Part shown: piece by piece, positions 12,301 through 24,200 of the stretch
How the letters are laid out: every line of letters starts with the position of its first letter
Numbering within the stretch: the first letter of the stretch is position 1
DNA from: Anolis carolinensis
Lineage: Eukaryota
Assembly: GCF_035594765.1 (NCBI RefSeq)
Contig: NW_026943822.1
Coordinates: 2,198,992-2,262,991, forward strand
Length of the DNA stretch: 64,000 bases
Direction: 5' to 3'
The notes under the pieces: generated by a model
The model's database searches: none
Told to the model about the DNA's origin: nothing
What the model saw: only the letters and a program-made list of their open reading frames with translations
Made by a program: the position numbers and the translations under genes

Positions 12301-15300
12301 AATTTGTAAAATCATAACCTAATTTGATGTTTAATAGGCTTTTCTTTAATGCCTCCTTATTATCCAACATATTCGCTTATCCAACATTCTGCCGGCCCGT
12401 TTATGTTGGATAAGTGAGACTCTACTGTAATACATCCTGATGGCTTGAGGCAGGGGTACAACAAGTTCAAAAACAAATGAACATAAAAATAACAATAAAG
12501 TACTCAATTACATAGATAAATAAATAAACACACACACATATCTATGAAAATGTATACCAATCACAGAAGGAGGGCCCCCGGGTGAGAGCACTTGTGAAAA
12601 TGACATAGATTTATTTATTTACTTACAGTAGAGTCTCACTTATCCAAGCCTCACTTGGATTATCCAAGCCATTTTTGTAGTCAATGTTTTCAATATATCG
12701 TGATATTTTGGTGCTAAATTCGTAAATACAGCAATTACAACATAACATTACTGCGTATTGAACTGCTTTTTCTGTCAAATTTGTTGTAAAACATGATGTT
12801 TTGGTGCTTAATTTGTAAAATGATAACCTAATTTCATGTTTAATAGGCTTTTCCTTAATCCCTCCTTATTATCCAAGATATTCGCTTATCCAAGCTTCTG
12901 CTGACCCATTTAGCTTGGATAAGTGAGACTCTACTGTACTTATTTACAGCATTTTATATTCCGTCCTTCTCACCCCGAAGGGGACTCAGGGCGGATCGCA
13001 ATGCCCATCTCCATGGCAAACATTCAATGCCATTGGACAAACAACATATATAGACAACCACATATAGGCAGAGACACAGAGGCAATTTAATACTCCAGCT
13101 TTTTTGCTTTGTGAGGATATGCTCGATTCCGGCCACAGGGGGAGCTGCTGCTTCATCACCCACTGCGACACCGAGTCCTTGATGGAATGTGTTGTCGAAG
13201 GCTTTCATGGCCGGGATCACAGGGTTGTTGTATGTCTTTCGGGCTGTGTGGCCATGTTCCAGAATGCTTCTGGAACATGGCCACACAGCCCGAAAGACAT
13301 ACAACAATCCTTGATGGAACTTCTTCCTCTTCTGCACACTGCTGGAGATTTTTATGGCATTGTAAATTAACCTCCCCGCATAGCGGTACCTAAATTCCTA
13401 CTTGACAGATGCAACTGTCTTTCGACTGCATGGGTTAACGGCAAGCTGGACTATTTATAGTCGGGAGCTTACTTTGACCTGGGCTGGCTTCGAACTCATG
13501 ACCTCTCGGTCTGTAGTGATTTATTACAGCTGGCTACTAACCAGCTGTGCCACAGCCTGGTCGGAGGCTGGACTTAGTAGTTGCAGCGAGCAACGTTATG
13601 GAACTGCTACAGCCCAAATCTCTGTCGGTGAACTCTTGGATTGGACCTGAACTTTGGCTTGAGTTGATGAGATTGCTTGGCTTTGACCCTTGGAAAGAAC
13701 TCTGGACTCTCTGTATGTTTTGCCCCAGGTGGACTCATTGCTGAGTAAGACTTTGGACTGCCTTTGACTATGAGACGGTGAGCAGTGGCTACGTTAACAG
13801 AGATTCTGTGGACAGGTTTTGGACACTCACCAAAGATGCGGAAAGCATAGTGGGACTTGACTTCTGGAGTGGCCGCGTCGCTGAAGGCGCTCAGCATGTC
13901 CAGGAAGTCCTCAAAGGAGAGGCTGCCCTCCCCGTCCTCCGCCGTGGAGAAGACGCGGAGGATGCGGTGCCGGNNNNNNNNNNNNNNNNNNNNNNNNNNN
14001 NNNNNNNNNNNNNNNNNNNNNNNNNNNNNNNNNNNNNNNNNNNNNNNNNNNNNNNNNNNNNNNNNNNNNNNNNNNNNNNNNNNNNNNNNNNNNNNNNNNN
14101 NNNNNAATAAAGGAGTGGAAGAGAGGAAGGGAAGATAGGAAAGGAAGGAAGGGAAGGGAAGGAAGGAAGAGAGGAAAGAAAGGAAGGGAAGAGAGGAAAT
14201 GAAGGAAAGGAAGAGAGGAAAGGAAGGAAGGAAAGGAAGAAAGAGAAGAAAGGAAGGGAAGAGAGGANNNNNNNNNNNNNNNNNNNNNNNNNNNNNNNNN
14301 NNNNNNNNNNNNNNNNNNNNNNNNNNNNNNNNNNNNNNNNNNNNNNNNNNNNNNNNNNNNNNNNNNNNNNNNNNNNNNNNNNNNNNNNNNNNNNNNNNNN
14401 NNNNNNNNNNNNNNNNNNNNNNNNNNNNNNNNNNNNNNNNNNNNNNNNNNNNNNNNNNNNNNNNNNNNNNNNNNNNNNNNNNNNNNNNNNNNNNNNNNNN
14501 NNNNNNNNNNNNNNNNNNNNNNNNNNNNNNAAAGATGAAGGGAAGAGAGGAAAGAAAGGAAGGGAAGGAAGGAAGGAAAGAGGACGGGAAGAGAGGAAAG
14601 AAAGGAAAGGAAGAGAGGAAAAAAAGAGAGGAAAGAAAGGAAGAGATGAAGGAAAGAGAGGAAGAAAGGAAAGGAAGGAGGTCCGTGAGGTCAAAGAGCT
14701 GCCCGAAGCAAGGCCCAGGCCACTGAGAACCAGACCAGAGCCCCCCCCCCCCTTCCAGGAAGTGCCACCCCACCCTCCCCTGCTCTGTATCTGCTGCTTG
14801 AGCTTCTTCTGTGGGGTTTGCACTTGCTTCACGTGTCTAGATCACTATATGCCGCTTTATTGATCACAGCTCTGTTCTGTGGATCTGGGATTTCTAGTTC
14901 AGAGAGAGAGAGAGATCTGAGGCCAGTATTCCATCCTGGAATAACAACCCTTTGTACAATTCTGGGCACCGCAATTCAAGAGGGATATTGACTGTAAGCT
15001 GGAAGGGGTCCAGAGGACGAGGGCGACTAAAAGGGTCAAAGCCCCGGAGACCATGACTAATCCCTTGGAGGAGCGTCTTAAAGAGCTGGGTCTGTTCAGC
15101 CTCAGAAGAGAAGTTTGAGAGGAGGCATGAGAGCCATGTTTACATATTTGAAAAGATGTCCTAAGAAAGGAGCAGGCATGTTTTCTGCTGCCCTGGAGAC
15201 GAGGACTCAATGGAACAATGGGTTCAAATGACAGGGGGAGGAGATTTCCGTCTGAATATTGGGAAAAACTGATTGGGGGGGGGGGGGGTGATTGTGTTTT

Positions 15301-18023
15301 TTCCTGCATGGCCAAAGGGTTAGGGTTAGGGTTGGACTGGATAGCCTTTGGGGGCCCCTTCCATCTCTATGATTTTATGATTCTGTGACCACAGGGTTGT
15401 CCTCCTTCGGCTCCCTTACCCTGAGTTCGGGCAGCGCCAGGACCTTTCCCTTGGGCGCCCGGATGGCGAAGGCCTGGTCCCGATCCTCCTTGGGCAGAAG
15501 GTCGCAGAAGCGCCGGTGGGCCCTGAAAAGGAAGGAAGGAAGGAAAGGGAGGAAGGAGTGAGCATATCTCACCTACCCTAAAGTCACTCCACCAACTGCC
15601 AATTAGTTTCCGGACAAAGTACAAAGTGTTGGTTTGGACCTTTAAAGGCCTACAGCAGTGGTTCCCAAAATTATTTGGCCTACTGCTCCCTTTCCAGAAA
15701 AAATATTATTCAGCGCCCCCTGGAAAGGGGGCGTGGCTTAGAGGGGTGGGCGTGGCTCCTGCTCAAGAGGGCAGGGCTGAGCCTCTCCCCTAGGGCTGGG
15801 AGGGGGAGGTGGGTGGGGCCACAAATGGGCGGCCAGGACTGGGATGGGCAGAGTTACAAGCTCTGAGGCAGGGCTGAGCTTCTATCCCTGTCCTGGACAC
15901 AGGGGGCGGGGCCTCTTCCCGAGTGCCTGACCAGGCTGGACCTCTATGCCCCGCCCCCGTGTTCTAACAAGCGCCTCAGGGGAGGTATAGAGGCTCAGCC
16001 CTGTCTCGTGCTCTTGGGAAGAGGCCCCGCCTCCACCCCTAGCCCCGCCCTTTAGTCCTAAAAGGCCTCTCAGGGGAGGTATAGAGGCTCAGCCCTGTCT
16101 CGTGCTCTTGGGAAGAGGCCCCGCCTCTACCCCTAGCCCCGCCCTTTAGTCATAAAAGGCCTCTCAGGGGAGGTATAGAGGCTCAGCCCTGTCTCGTGCT
16201 CTTGGGAAGAGGCCCCGCCTCCACCCCTAGCCCCGCCCTTTAGTCCTAAAAGGCCTCTCAGGGGAGGTATAGAGGCTCAGCCCTGTCTCGTGCTCTTGGG
16301 AAGAGGCCCCGCCTCTACCCCTAGCCCCGCCCTTTAGTCATAAAAGGCCTCTCAGGGGAGGTATAGAGGCTCAGCCCTGTCTCGTGCTCTTGGGAAGAGG
16401 CCCCGCCCCCACCCCTAGCCCCGCCCTTTAGTCATAAAAGGCCTCTCAGGGGAGGTATAGAGGCTCAGCCCTGTCTCGTGCTCTTGGGAAGAGGCCCCGC
16501 CTCTACCCCTAGCCCCGCCCTTTAGTCATAAAAGGCCTCTCAGGGGAGGTATAGAGGCTCAGCCCTGTCTCGTGCTCTTGGGAAGAGGCCCCGCCCCCAC
16601 CCCTAGCCCTGCCCTTCAGTCCTAAAAGGCCTCTCAGGGGAGGTATAGAGGCTCAGCCCTGTCTCGTGCTCTTGGGAAGAGGCCCCGCCTCCACCCCTAG
16701 CCCCGCCCTTTAGTCATAAAAGGCCTCTCAGGGGAGGTATAGAGGCTCAGCCCTGTCTCGTGCTCTTGGGAAGAGGCCCCGCCTCTACCCCTAGCCCCGC
16801 CCTTTAGTCCTAAAAGGCCTCTCAGGGGAGGTATAGAGGCTCAGCCCTGTCTCGGGCTCTTGGAAGGAGGCCCCGCCCCCATCCCTAGCCCCGCCCTCTG
16901 TGTCCCCACAAGCGCCTGAGGAGAGGTATAGATCCTCAGCCCTGTCTCGGGCTCTTGGGAAGAAGCCACGCCCACTCCTCTAGCTCCGCCCCCTGTGTCC
17001 TAACAGGTGCCTCAGGTGCTCAACCCTGTCTCCGGCACTTGGGAAGAGATAATAGCGTTGGAATAATAATAATAATAACCTTTATTTATATCCCGCCACC
17101 ATCTCCCGGAAGAGATTCAGGGCGGCTTACAATGGCATTCCAAGGTGCAAAATATAATAATAATAATAATATACGAAATCCAGCATATCTATCTGGGGGC
17201 AGAGGACTCTTACAAGTCAAACAAGCAGTCAAAGAAGAAGAACATGCCCTGGCAGAATATGTGAAGCAAAGTGAAGAACCTGCTTTGATTGAAGTCAAAA
17301 ATCAGAAACTCCTCAAAGCACAGCAGACAAAAAACCAGTACAAGAAAGCCACACTACAAACTAGAGCTGACAGCTGGCACAACAAAACACTGCATGGAAA
17401 GTTCCTTGACAAAATTGAAGGAAAAGCTGATAAGGAGAAGACCTGGCTCTGGCTCACGAATGGACCCTGAAGAAGGAGACCGAAGGCCTGATCCTTGCAG
17501 CCCAGGAGCAAGACATCAGGACAAAGGCCATTCAGGCCAAGATCGAAAAATCAGCTGATGACCCAAAATACAGACTGTGCAAGGAAACTGACGAAACCAT
17601 TGATCCTATCCTCAGCTGCTGTAAGAAAATCGCACAGACAGACTACAAACAGAGGCACAACTATGTGGCCCAAAGGATTCATTGGAACTTATCTATCTTG
17701 TTTGCTGTGTCATACAATAATAATAATAACCCAAGGCAGGAAATATAAGGAAGGAAGGACTGCAAGGAAGGAGGGAGAGAAGAAAAGATGCAGCCTAACA
17801 ATTCCCACTTCCCGGCCTACTCACAGCAGGATCTCCTGCGCGGTCAGGAAGGTCAATTCCTGCGGAAGAAGGAGATGCTAGTTAATTATCCCGGAAGAGG
17901 AAAAGGTCCCGGAAGAAGGAAGAGCAGCCTCCCCCCCCTCCCCGCGGTTCACTTCCGCCGCCGCCTTGCCTGGTACTCGCTCAAAAGGTCCCGCGGGAGT
18001 CGGCGGCTGCCGGAGACCCCCAT
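9327..18023 (-). CDS. CIB1: Calcium- and integrin-binding protein 1. Coding exons 18023-17970, 17859-17825, 15522-15420, (gap)-13973-13831, 11788-11670, 11584-11496, 9348-9327
   Basis: Translation [40 protein letters not shown]...LPELR/..RILRVFST...[42 protein letters not shown].../[36 protein letters not shown]. Two EF-hand loops, N-terminal Gly2, Kozak GCCGCCATGG. The 5' end of exon 4 is hidden in Ns. Confidence 0.96.
9924..10313. mobile_element. hAT non-autonomous element
   Basis: TIR CAGGGGT.CCCAAACT, 8-bp TSD GTATAGTA. Confidence 0.85.
12105..12427. mobile_element. Tc1/mariner-type MITE, representative copy (others 12626-12936, 18903-19217, 24759-25048, 25147-25469, 26107-26412, 32423-32745, 35049-35354, 40453-40775, 45491-45796, 55347-55669, 60560-60882)
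   Basis: About 300-320 bp, TIR CAGTAGAGTCTCACTTATCCAA, TA target duplication in most copies. Confidence 0.85.
13974..14680. other. Assembly gaps (13974-14105, 14268-14530) within a purine-rich GGAA/GAGAGGAA simple repeat
   Basis: Runs of N. Confidence 0.98.
14960..15385 (+). mobile_element. CR1 LINE 3' fragment
   Basis: [13 protein letters not shown]-like remnant and ATTCTATG-like tail. Confidence 0.7.
15977..16916. repeat. 94-bp GC-rich minisatellite, 10 near-identical copies plus degenerate flanks, in CIB1 intron 2
   Basis: CAGGGGAGGTATAGAGG recurs at 15977, 16071, 16165 ... 16823. Confidence 0.95.
17171..17714 (+). mobile_element. Rearranged Dong/R4 fragment (post-RT region and zinc knuckle) in (TAA)n
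   Basis: GGRGLL..., [49 protein letters not shown]; 3'-end sequence identical to the 1175 copy. Confidence 0.8.
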
Positions 18024-18210
18024 GGCGGCCAGACGGAAACAGCCGAAGGGGCGACGAAGCCAGTGCGAGCTCTTCCGAGTCCGGCCCCTTCTCATACGTC
18101 ACTGGGCAACGCTCCCATGGCAACGAGGCCCCGCCCCTTAAAGGGGACGCGCAGGTGAGGAAGAGCCGGAAGGAAAGGCATCTCCGAGCAGCTTCCGCTT
18201 GCGTGAGTTC
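17940..18210. promoter_or_regulatory. CpG-rich bidirectional promoter CIB1/GDPGP1 with two adjacent RFX X-box-like motifs (18098-18110, 18111-18124), GC box, ETS-like CCGGAAG and candidate + strand donors (GTGAGG 18155, GTGAGT 18203)
   Basis: CpG density, divergent gene arrangement, motifs read directly. Confidence 0.7.
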
Positions 18211-19234
18211 TATACATCTATCTCAGGCCTGGGCCAACTTGGGCCTTCCCTTGAGTTGTTTTGGACTGCAACTCCCAGCATTCCTCACAGCCTCAGGCCC
18301 CTTCCTTAAGCGGCTGAGGGGGAAAAGGAAGGGGCCTGAGGCTGTGAGGAATGCTGGGAGTTGCAGTCCAAAACAACTCAAGGGAAGGCCCAAGTTGGCC
18401 CAGGCCTGATCTATAAGCTGTAGGCCTGCTTATTTTAAAGGATTTCATTCTTTTTTTTTAATGGCTGAGACAAACAAACTTCCTGCCTCTAATAATCATA
18501 ATATATAATAATATATTGTATATACATATAATATTGATAATATTATAATGTATTACAATATAATACTGATAATAATACAATTTAATAATATTAATTATAT
18601 ATTATATATTAAATGTAATATTACTAATAATATTACAATGTAATGATATAGTACAATATAGTAATTTAATGCTAGTGTTGTACTATGCTAATAATGTAAT
18701 GTATTGTATATGAATGGAATTTGTATGCCGCTCTTGAGTCCCCTTTGGGGTGAGAAGGGCAGCATATAAATGTAGTAAATAAATAAATAAATAAATAATA
18801 ACTGGCAGACTCAATATGAGGATTTAAAGATCGAACTGCAAAGACTCTGTCTTCAAAGGCAGCCCCACGTAGAGTGCATTTCAGTAATCCATTCTAGAGG
18901 TACAGTAGAGTCTCACTTATCCAACATAAACGGGCCGGCAGAAGCTTGGATAAGCAAATATCTTGGATAATAAGGAGGGATTAAGGAGAAGCCAATTAAA
19001 CATCAAATTAGGTTATGATTTTACAAATTAAGCACCCAAACATCATGTTATACAACACATTTGACAGAAAAAGTAGTTCAATAGGCTACATAGTAATTAC
19101 TGTATTTACAAATTTAGCACCAAAATATCACAATATATTGAAAACATTGACTACAAAAATGGCTTGGATAATCCAGAAACTTGGATAAGCGATGCTTGGA
19201 TAAGTGAGACTCTACTGTATTAATAAACAACGAC

Positions 19235-19269
<35 letters not shown>

Positions 19270-19506
19270 ATTATAATACAAATAATAGATACATAGCTGC
19301 TTTGACTCCTTTTTGGAGAGAAATGTGTGGTATAAATAAACAGAATAATAATACATTTTAATACTAATAATAGGCACATAACCATTTTGAGTCTCCTCCT
19401 GGAGAGAAAAATTGGGGTATAATTAAACATTAATAATAATAATAATTTTCTACAGATCATTTTTTAGGCTCCCAGAAGGATCTCCTTCCGTCTCTCTGCA
19501 CCCAGC

Positions 19507-20577
19507 ATGAACTCCAACAGCCAGGATCTCAACGGGACCCCATCTGCGGAGGCCTTCTCCTATGGGGAACGGGACTTGGTGTTCAGCGGGGTAGAGTGGC
19601 CATCCAAGGGCCTGTCCCGCTTTGATCGTGCCCTGCTGCAAGGCTGGAGGGACCGCATGGAGAAGGGCTTCTTCCGCTACCGCTTGGAGGCGTTGCCCAC
19701 CCGGGTCCTGCCAGGCGTGATGGGTCTGGTGGCACAGCTGAACGTGGAGCGCGGGGCGCGGCGGAGGGCCCCCCAGGAGATCCACAGCCTTCAACAGGCC
19801 TTCGACCCGCAGCGGTTCAACTTTACCCGCATCCGGCCAGAGGAGGTGCTCTTCGCCTTGAGGCGGGAAGGCTCCGCGGAGGAGGTTCTGGTGGTCATCA
19901 ACGTCAGCCCTTTGGAAAACGGGCATGTGCTCCTGGTGCCGGATCCGGGCTGTGAACTGCCGCAGGTGCTGACCCCGGAGGCCCTCCTTTGTGGCCTGGA
20001 GGCCGTCCTGCTCAGCACCCAGCCGGGCTTCCGCGTGGGCTTCAATAGCCTGGGGGCTTGCGCCTCCGTCAACCACCTCCATCTGCATGGCTATTACCTG
20101 GACAGGAAGCTGCCGGTGGAGACTGCCCCTTGCCAAGCCCTTCTGCCCAAAGCAGGGCTCTACTTGCTGCAGGATGGGGCCCCGGCACCTGGCTTCCTCT
20201 TCTTCTTCTCCAAAGTGGCGCAGCTGGAGGAGATGGCCAGACAAGTAGCAAAGCTGACCAGCTTCCTGGCAGAGAAAGGGGTGGCCCACAATCTCTTTGT
20301 CACCCGGGGAGCGGACCCAAATAAGGGATCTTTCTGCGCTGCATCGCGGCCGGGGCTTCGAATCATTGTCTGGCCCCGGAGGGCCTGCTTTGGGGCCAAG
20401 GAGTCCTCTGCCTTCAATGTGGCGCTCTGTGAACTGGCAGGGCATCTGCCCATCAAGACCGCCCAGGACTTTGAGACCCTGACCGAGGCCTCGGCTCTCC
20501 AGATAATTCGAGAGTGTCTCCTCTCAGATGCTGAGTTTGCCCAGCTGCAGCGAGAGCTGGTGGCCCTCTTGGGGTGA
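19507..20577 (+). CDS. GDPGP1: GDP-D-glucose phosphorylase 1 (single coding exon, 356 aa)
   Basis: HIT-like motif GFNSLGACASVNHLHLHGYY, VAQLNVERG, INVSPLENGHVLLVP, HNLFVTRG, FNVALCELAGHLP; acceptor-like AGs at 19454-55 and 19466-67 just upstream; syntenic position. Confidence 0.96.
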   Translation: MNSNSQDLNGTPSAEAFSYGERDLVFSGVEWPSKGLSRFDRALLQGWRDRMEKGFFRYRLEALPTRVLPGVMGLVAQLNVERGARRRAPQEIHSLQQAFDPQRFNFTRIRPEEVLFALRREGSAEEVLVVINVSPLENGHVLLVPDPGCELPQVLTPEALLCGLEAVLLSTQPGFRVGFNSLGACASVNHLHLHGYYLDRKLPVETAPCQALLPKAGLYLLQDGAPAPGFLFFFSKVAQLEEMARQVAKLTSFLAEKGVAHNLFVTRGADPNKGSFCAASRPGLRIIVWPRRACFGAKESSAFNVALCELAGHLPIKTAQDFETLTEASALQIIRECLLSDAEFAQLQRELVALLG

Positions 20578-20661
20578 CATCTGTGGGGCTCAAGTGTGCT
20601 GCAGGTTGGCAGGCCTCTTTCTCCGCTCTTCCCACTCAAACATGAACGCAAGGCCATGAAC

Positions 20662-20776
20662 TCAAAACTGCCTGAGACTTCCAGGCTCTGACCAAGGCCT
20701 CGGCCCTCCAAATTATTTGGGAGGGTTTCCTCTCAGACACTGAGTTTGCTCAGTTGCAGTGAGAGCTGGTGGCCCA
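20662..20776 (+). pseudogene. Decayed tandem copy of the last ~38 codons of GDPGP1 in its 3'UTR
   Basis: KTA*DFQALTKASALQIIWEGFLSDTEFAQLQ*ELVAH versus KTAQDFETLTEASALQIIRECLLSDAEFAQLQRELVAL (20453-20567). Confidence 0.85.
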
Positions 20777-20810
20777 TAAACATGTTTTAACAAAAGAAAT
20801 AAGAGATATA

Positions 20811-21152
20811 CAGTGTTCCCTCACTACTTCGCGGTTCACTTTTTGCGGATTCGCTGTTATGCGGTTTTTCAATTACTCTAAAAGACTATTATAAATCATT
20901 AAAAATTACAATTTACAGCCTAAGGAAGAGAGGAAGGAGAAGCCAAAGGGAGAGAGAAGGAGCCCAAGTGGCAACAGGAGGAAAAGGAAGTGATTTATCA
21001 ACACACAATTGGTTGATAAAGACTTAAAATAGTGTATAACTACTTAAATAATGTATAAATACTAAAATAAATATAGTGTCCCTACTTTGTGGATTTTCAC
21101 TTATTGCGAGTGGTCCTGGAACCTAACCCCAGCAATAAGTGAGGGAACACTG
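20811..21152. mobile_element. TA-flanked MITE, TIR CAGTGTTCCCTCACT (second, interrupted copy 9662-11160)
   Basis: Inverted termini with TA flanks. Confidence 0.75.
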
Positions 21153-22799
21153 TATTCTGGGAAGGCAAAGATTTTCCAAAGTGTAATTATTCTGTGTTGC
21201 TTTGACAAAGAGATTAGACGTTATTTTCATGGCTAAAGACATTTATTGAACCATCTAAACATTATAAATACACTGCAGCCTCTCTGCTGCAGATTCTTCT
21301 TGCATTGCTTTGTTAAAATTTGGTTAGAGTTAATGGAGTTCATTGTATGCCTAGGGCAAAGGTTTCTGGCCATTTGACCAAGATTGCCTTTGAATCAAAG
21401 CACAGCCTCTTTGTTCAATGAGCAGAGTAGCAGAAAGCCACAAAGTTTAAATGGTTGACTTTGTATAGAGCGTGTTTTGAAAGGTTCCAGCATTGATAAA
21501 ACGACAGAAAATAACACACACTAATAAATGTATCAAAGACCAAAAAAAAAAACCAACCAAAATGATGAGATTTAAAAAAGAAATCTGCTTACAAAAACAG
21601 GCTCAAAAGTAGTTTTGGTAAATCAAATCCAGGTTGAAGTTATAAGTCCAATAAAGTGAGGAGTAAAATGGGATTTCCTTCTGTCTTGTGGTGAAATAAA
21701 ATAAGAGAAATCCCATGCGGTCAGATAGGACATCATTCAAAAGAGTAAAACGAACATGAACCCAGAAACCCCTTTTGCCAGATAGTTCAATATTCAGGAG
21801 TTCTGGGGCAGCGTGGTTCACACATTTATTTATGTAATGCTGCTCAGTAACCTGTGAAATATTTATTTATTTATTACAGTATTTATATCCCGCCCTTCTC
21901 ACCCAATAAGGGACTCGGGGCAGCTTACAATAAAAGCACATACAGTAGGGTCTCCAACATTCGCTTATCCAACATTCTGGATTATCCAACGCATTTCTGT
22001 AGTCAATGTTTTCAATACATAGTGATATTTTGGTGTTAAATTCGTAAATACAGTAATTACTACATAGCATTACTGCATATTGAACTACTTTTTCTCTCAA
22101 ATTTGTTGTATAACATGATGTTTTGGTGCTTAATTTGTAAAATCATAACCAAATTTGATGTTTAATAGACTTTTCCTTGATCCCTCCTTATTATCCAACA
22201 TATTTGCTTATCCAACGTTCTGCCGGCCCATTTATTTATTTATTTATTTATTTGCTACATTTATATCCCGCTCTTCTCACCCCGGAGGGGACTCAGAGCG
22301 GCTTACAAATCAAAGGTACATACAATGTATTATTAGCATAGTACAATATAAGCATTAAATTACTATATTGTACTATATCATTATATGGTAATATCATTAT
22401 TAATATTACATTTAATATATAACATATAATTAATATTATTTAATAATGAATAATATAATATAACATATAATTAATATTATTTATGTTGGATAAGTGAGAC
22501 TCTGCTGTATATAAAAATAATACAATACATTGTGAATCAATTAAAATTAAATACATCAAACATTCATAAAAATACACTTATAAATATACTTATAAATATA
22601 CCCTCCCCTTACCCATATTACCCCATATATATAGTTAGAAACCTTTCCCTGATATCCATAGAGAGTAGATCCCTTTCCTACCCTTCCTAACCTTACCTTA
22701 TCTACCTACCTAACCATACTTACCTCACTCCTCCCTTTAGACACATGACTGTAACAAAATTTCAATAAAAATTATTTATAAAAAAATAAATATACAGAT

Positions 22800-23141
22800 A
22801 AGTGAATGTTGCAATTAACCACCTTAATTAGCATTGAATGGCCCCCAGGCAGTAAGCATCCTGACCTTGAAGATGCAAGGCCATTCAGTGCTAATCAAGG
22901 TGGCCAACTGCAACATTCACACCTGTGTCAAACAGACAAAGAACCCTTTCTCCCACCCTGGGCATCATTCCACAGTATATGAACCCCACTTGCCTCGTTT
23001 CCAACAGACCTCACAACCTCTGAGGATGCCTGCCATAGATGCAGGCAAAACGTCAGGAGAGAATGCTTCTGGAACATGGCCATACAGCCAGGAAAACTCA
23101 CAGCAACCAGTGATCCCAGCCATGAAAGCCTTCGACAACAC
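22800..23141 (+). mobile_element. Penelope-like element terminal fragment with hammerhead motif (GAAA mutated to AAAA)
   Basis: CTGAGGA-T-GCCTGC-loop-GCAGGC-AAAACGTC at 23017-23057. Confidence 0.65.
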
Positions 23142-23287
23142 AACTCTTATTATTACTATCATGCTGGGTGGCCATCTGGGGAGGGCTTTGATTGTGCTTT
23201 TATTTTTTATTTTTTTATTTATTTACAGCATTTATATTCCGCCCTTCTCACCCCAAAGGATATTCATGGCAGATCACATCTTCTTCT

Positions 23288-23742
23288 TCTATATATATAA
23301 AAGCGTGATGGCATCACGGCGACCCACAAAACAACAAAACTACAGGCCCCCCAACCTCGAAATTTGACAACACAACCCATCATCCACGCCTCTAGGTTGA
23401 TACAACAAAAAGAAAAGAAAAATAAAGTCCTAATTTGAGAGAGAGGAATAATTGCTTTTATCCAATTGCTGCCAGTTTGAAGGCTAAGCTCCTCCAACTT
23501 GGTCTCCTAGCAACCCAATAAAAAATAATAAAAAACACTAAAAATTAATACAATAAAATACTATAATAACAGAAAATAACTAAAATAATACAAGAAAATA
23601 ATAAAATATAATAAATAAAAATATAACTTACAACAAAAAATTAATTAAAAAATGCAAATAACGTCAAATAAAAATTACACAACAATTTTTAACCAATACC
23701 ACCACCACTTTGCCACAGCAACGCGTGGCCGGGCGCAGCTAG
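23288..23742 (+). mobile_element. Non-autonomous Helitron
   Basis: 5' TCTATATATATAAAA; 3' GCCAC..GTGGC hairpin then CTAG|T. Confidence 0.8.
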
Positions 23743-24019
23743 TTACACATATAGGCAAACATTCAATGCCTTTTAACATAGAACAAAGACAAGACAAACA
23801 TAGGCTCCGAGCGGGCCTCGAACTCATGACCTCCTGGTCAGAGTGATTCATTGCAGCTGGCTTGCTCTCCAGCCTGCGCCACAGCCCGGGCCTAAATCGA
23901 GGCAGGAAGGGGTTAGTCTAGATGGCCCCTGGGGGTCTCTTCAACCTGAACATCTTTCCTTTGGCTTCTCAACTGGATCCCTGGCCTGAATGTCAACAGA
24001 GCAGATTCCACCAACGTAA

Positions 24020-24200
24020 CGCACGCACGCACGCACGTTCGCTCTCGCGCCTCATAAGGAGGCCAATGGCGTCACAGTACTCGGGAGGGGGCGGGGCCGC
24101 GCTGTCGCCATGGAGACCGCGTCGGGCCTCAAGGAGGCCTCTAGGCCCAGGCGCCATCGCCGCGGCCGCCTCAGGGGAAGAAGCAGCCTTGGCGACCGGT
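24020..24200 (+). promoter_or_regulatory. TTLL13 CpG promoter and putative first exon: CCAAT (24063), CGTCA half-CRE, GC box, X-box GTCGCCATGGAGAC (24104-24117), donor GTGAGG at 24199
   Basis: Motifs read directly; only CpG island upstream of TTLL13 coding exon 1. Confidence 0.65.

Noticed and set aside
13607-14832. Long ORFs spanning Ns
   Set aside because: Low-complexity GGAA repeat plus assembly gaps; only the CIB1 exon 4 part is real
15316-15333. (TTAGGG) telomere-like run
   Set aside because: Under 3 units inside a CR1 tail; slippage is a sufficient explanation
19450-20445. 331-aa antisense ORF to GDPGP1 (similar ones over SEMA4B and TTLL13 last exons)
   Set aside because: Expected shadow ORFs of GC-rich coding sequence; no recognisable motifs
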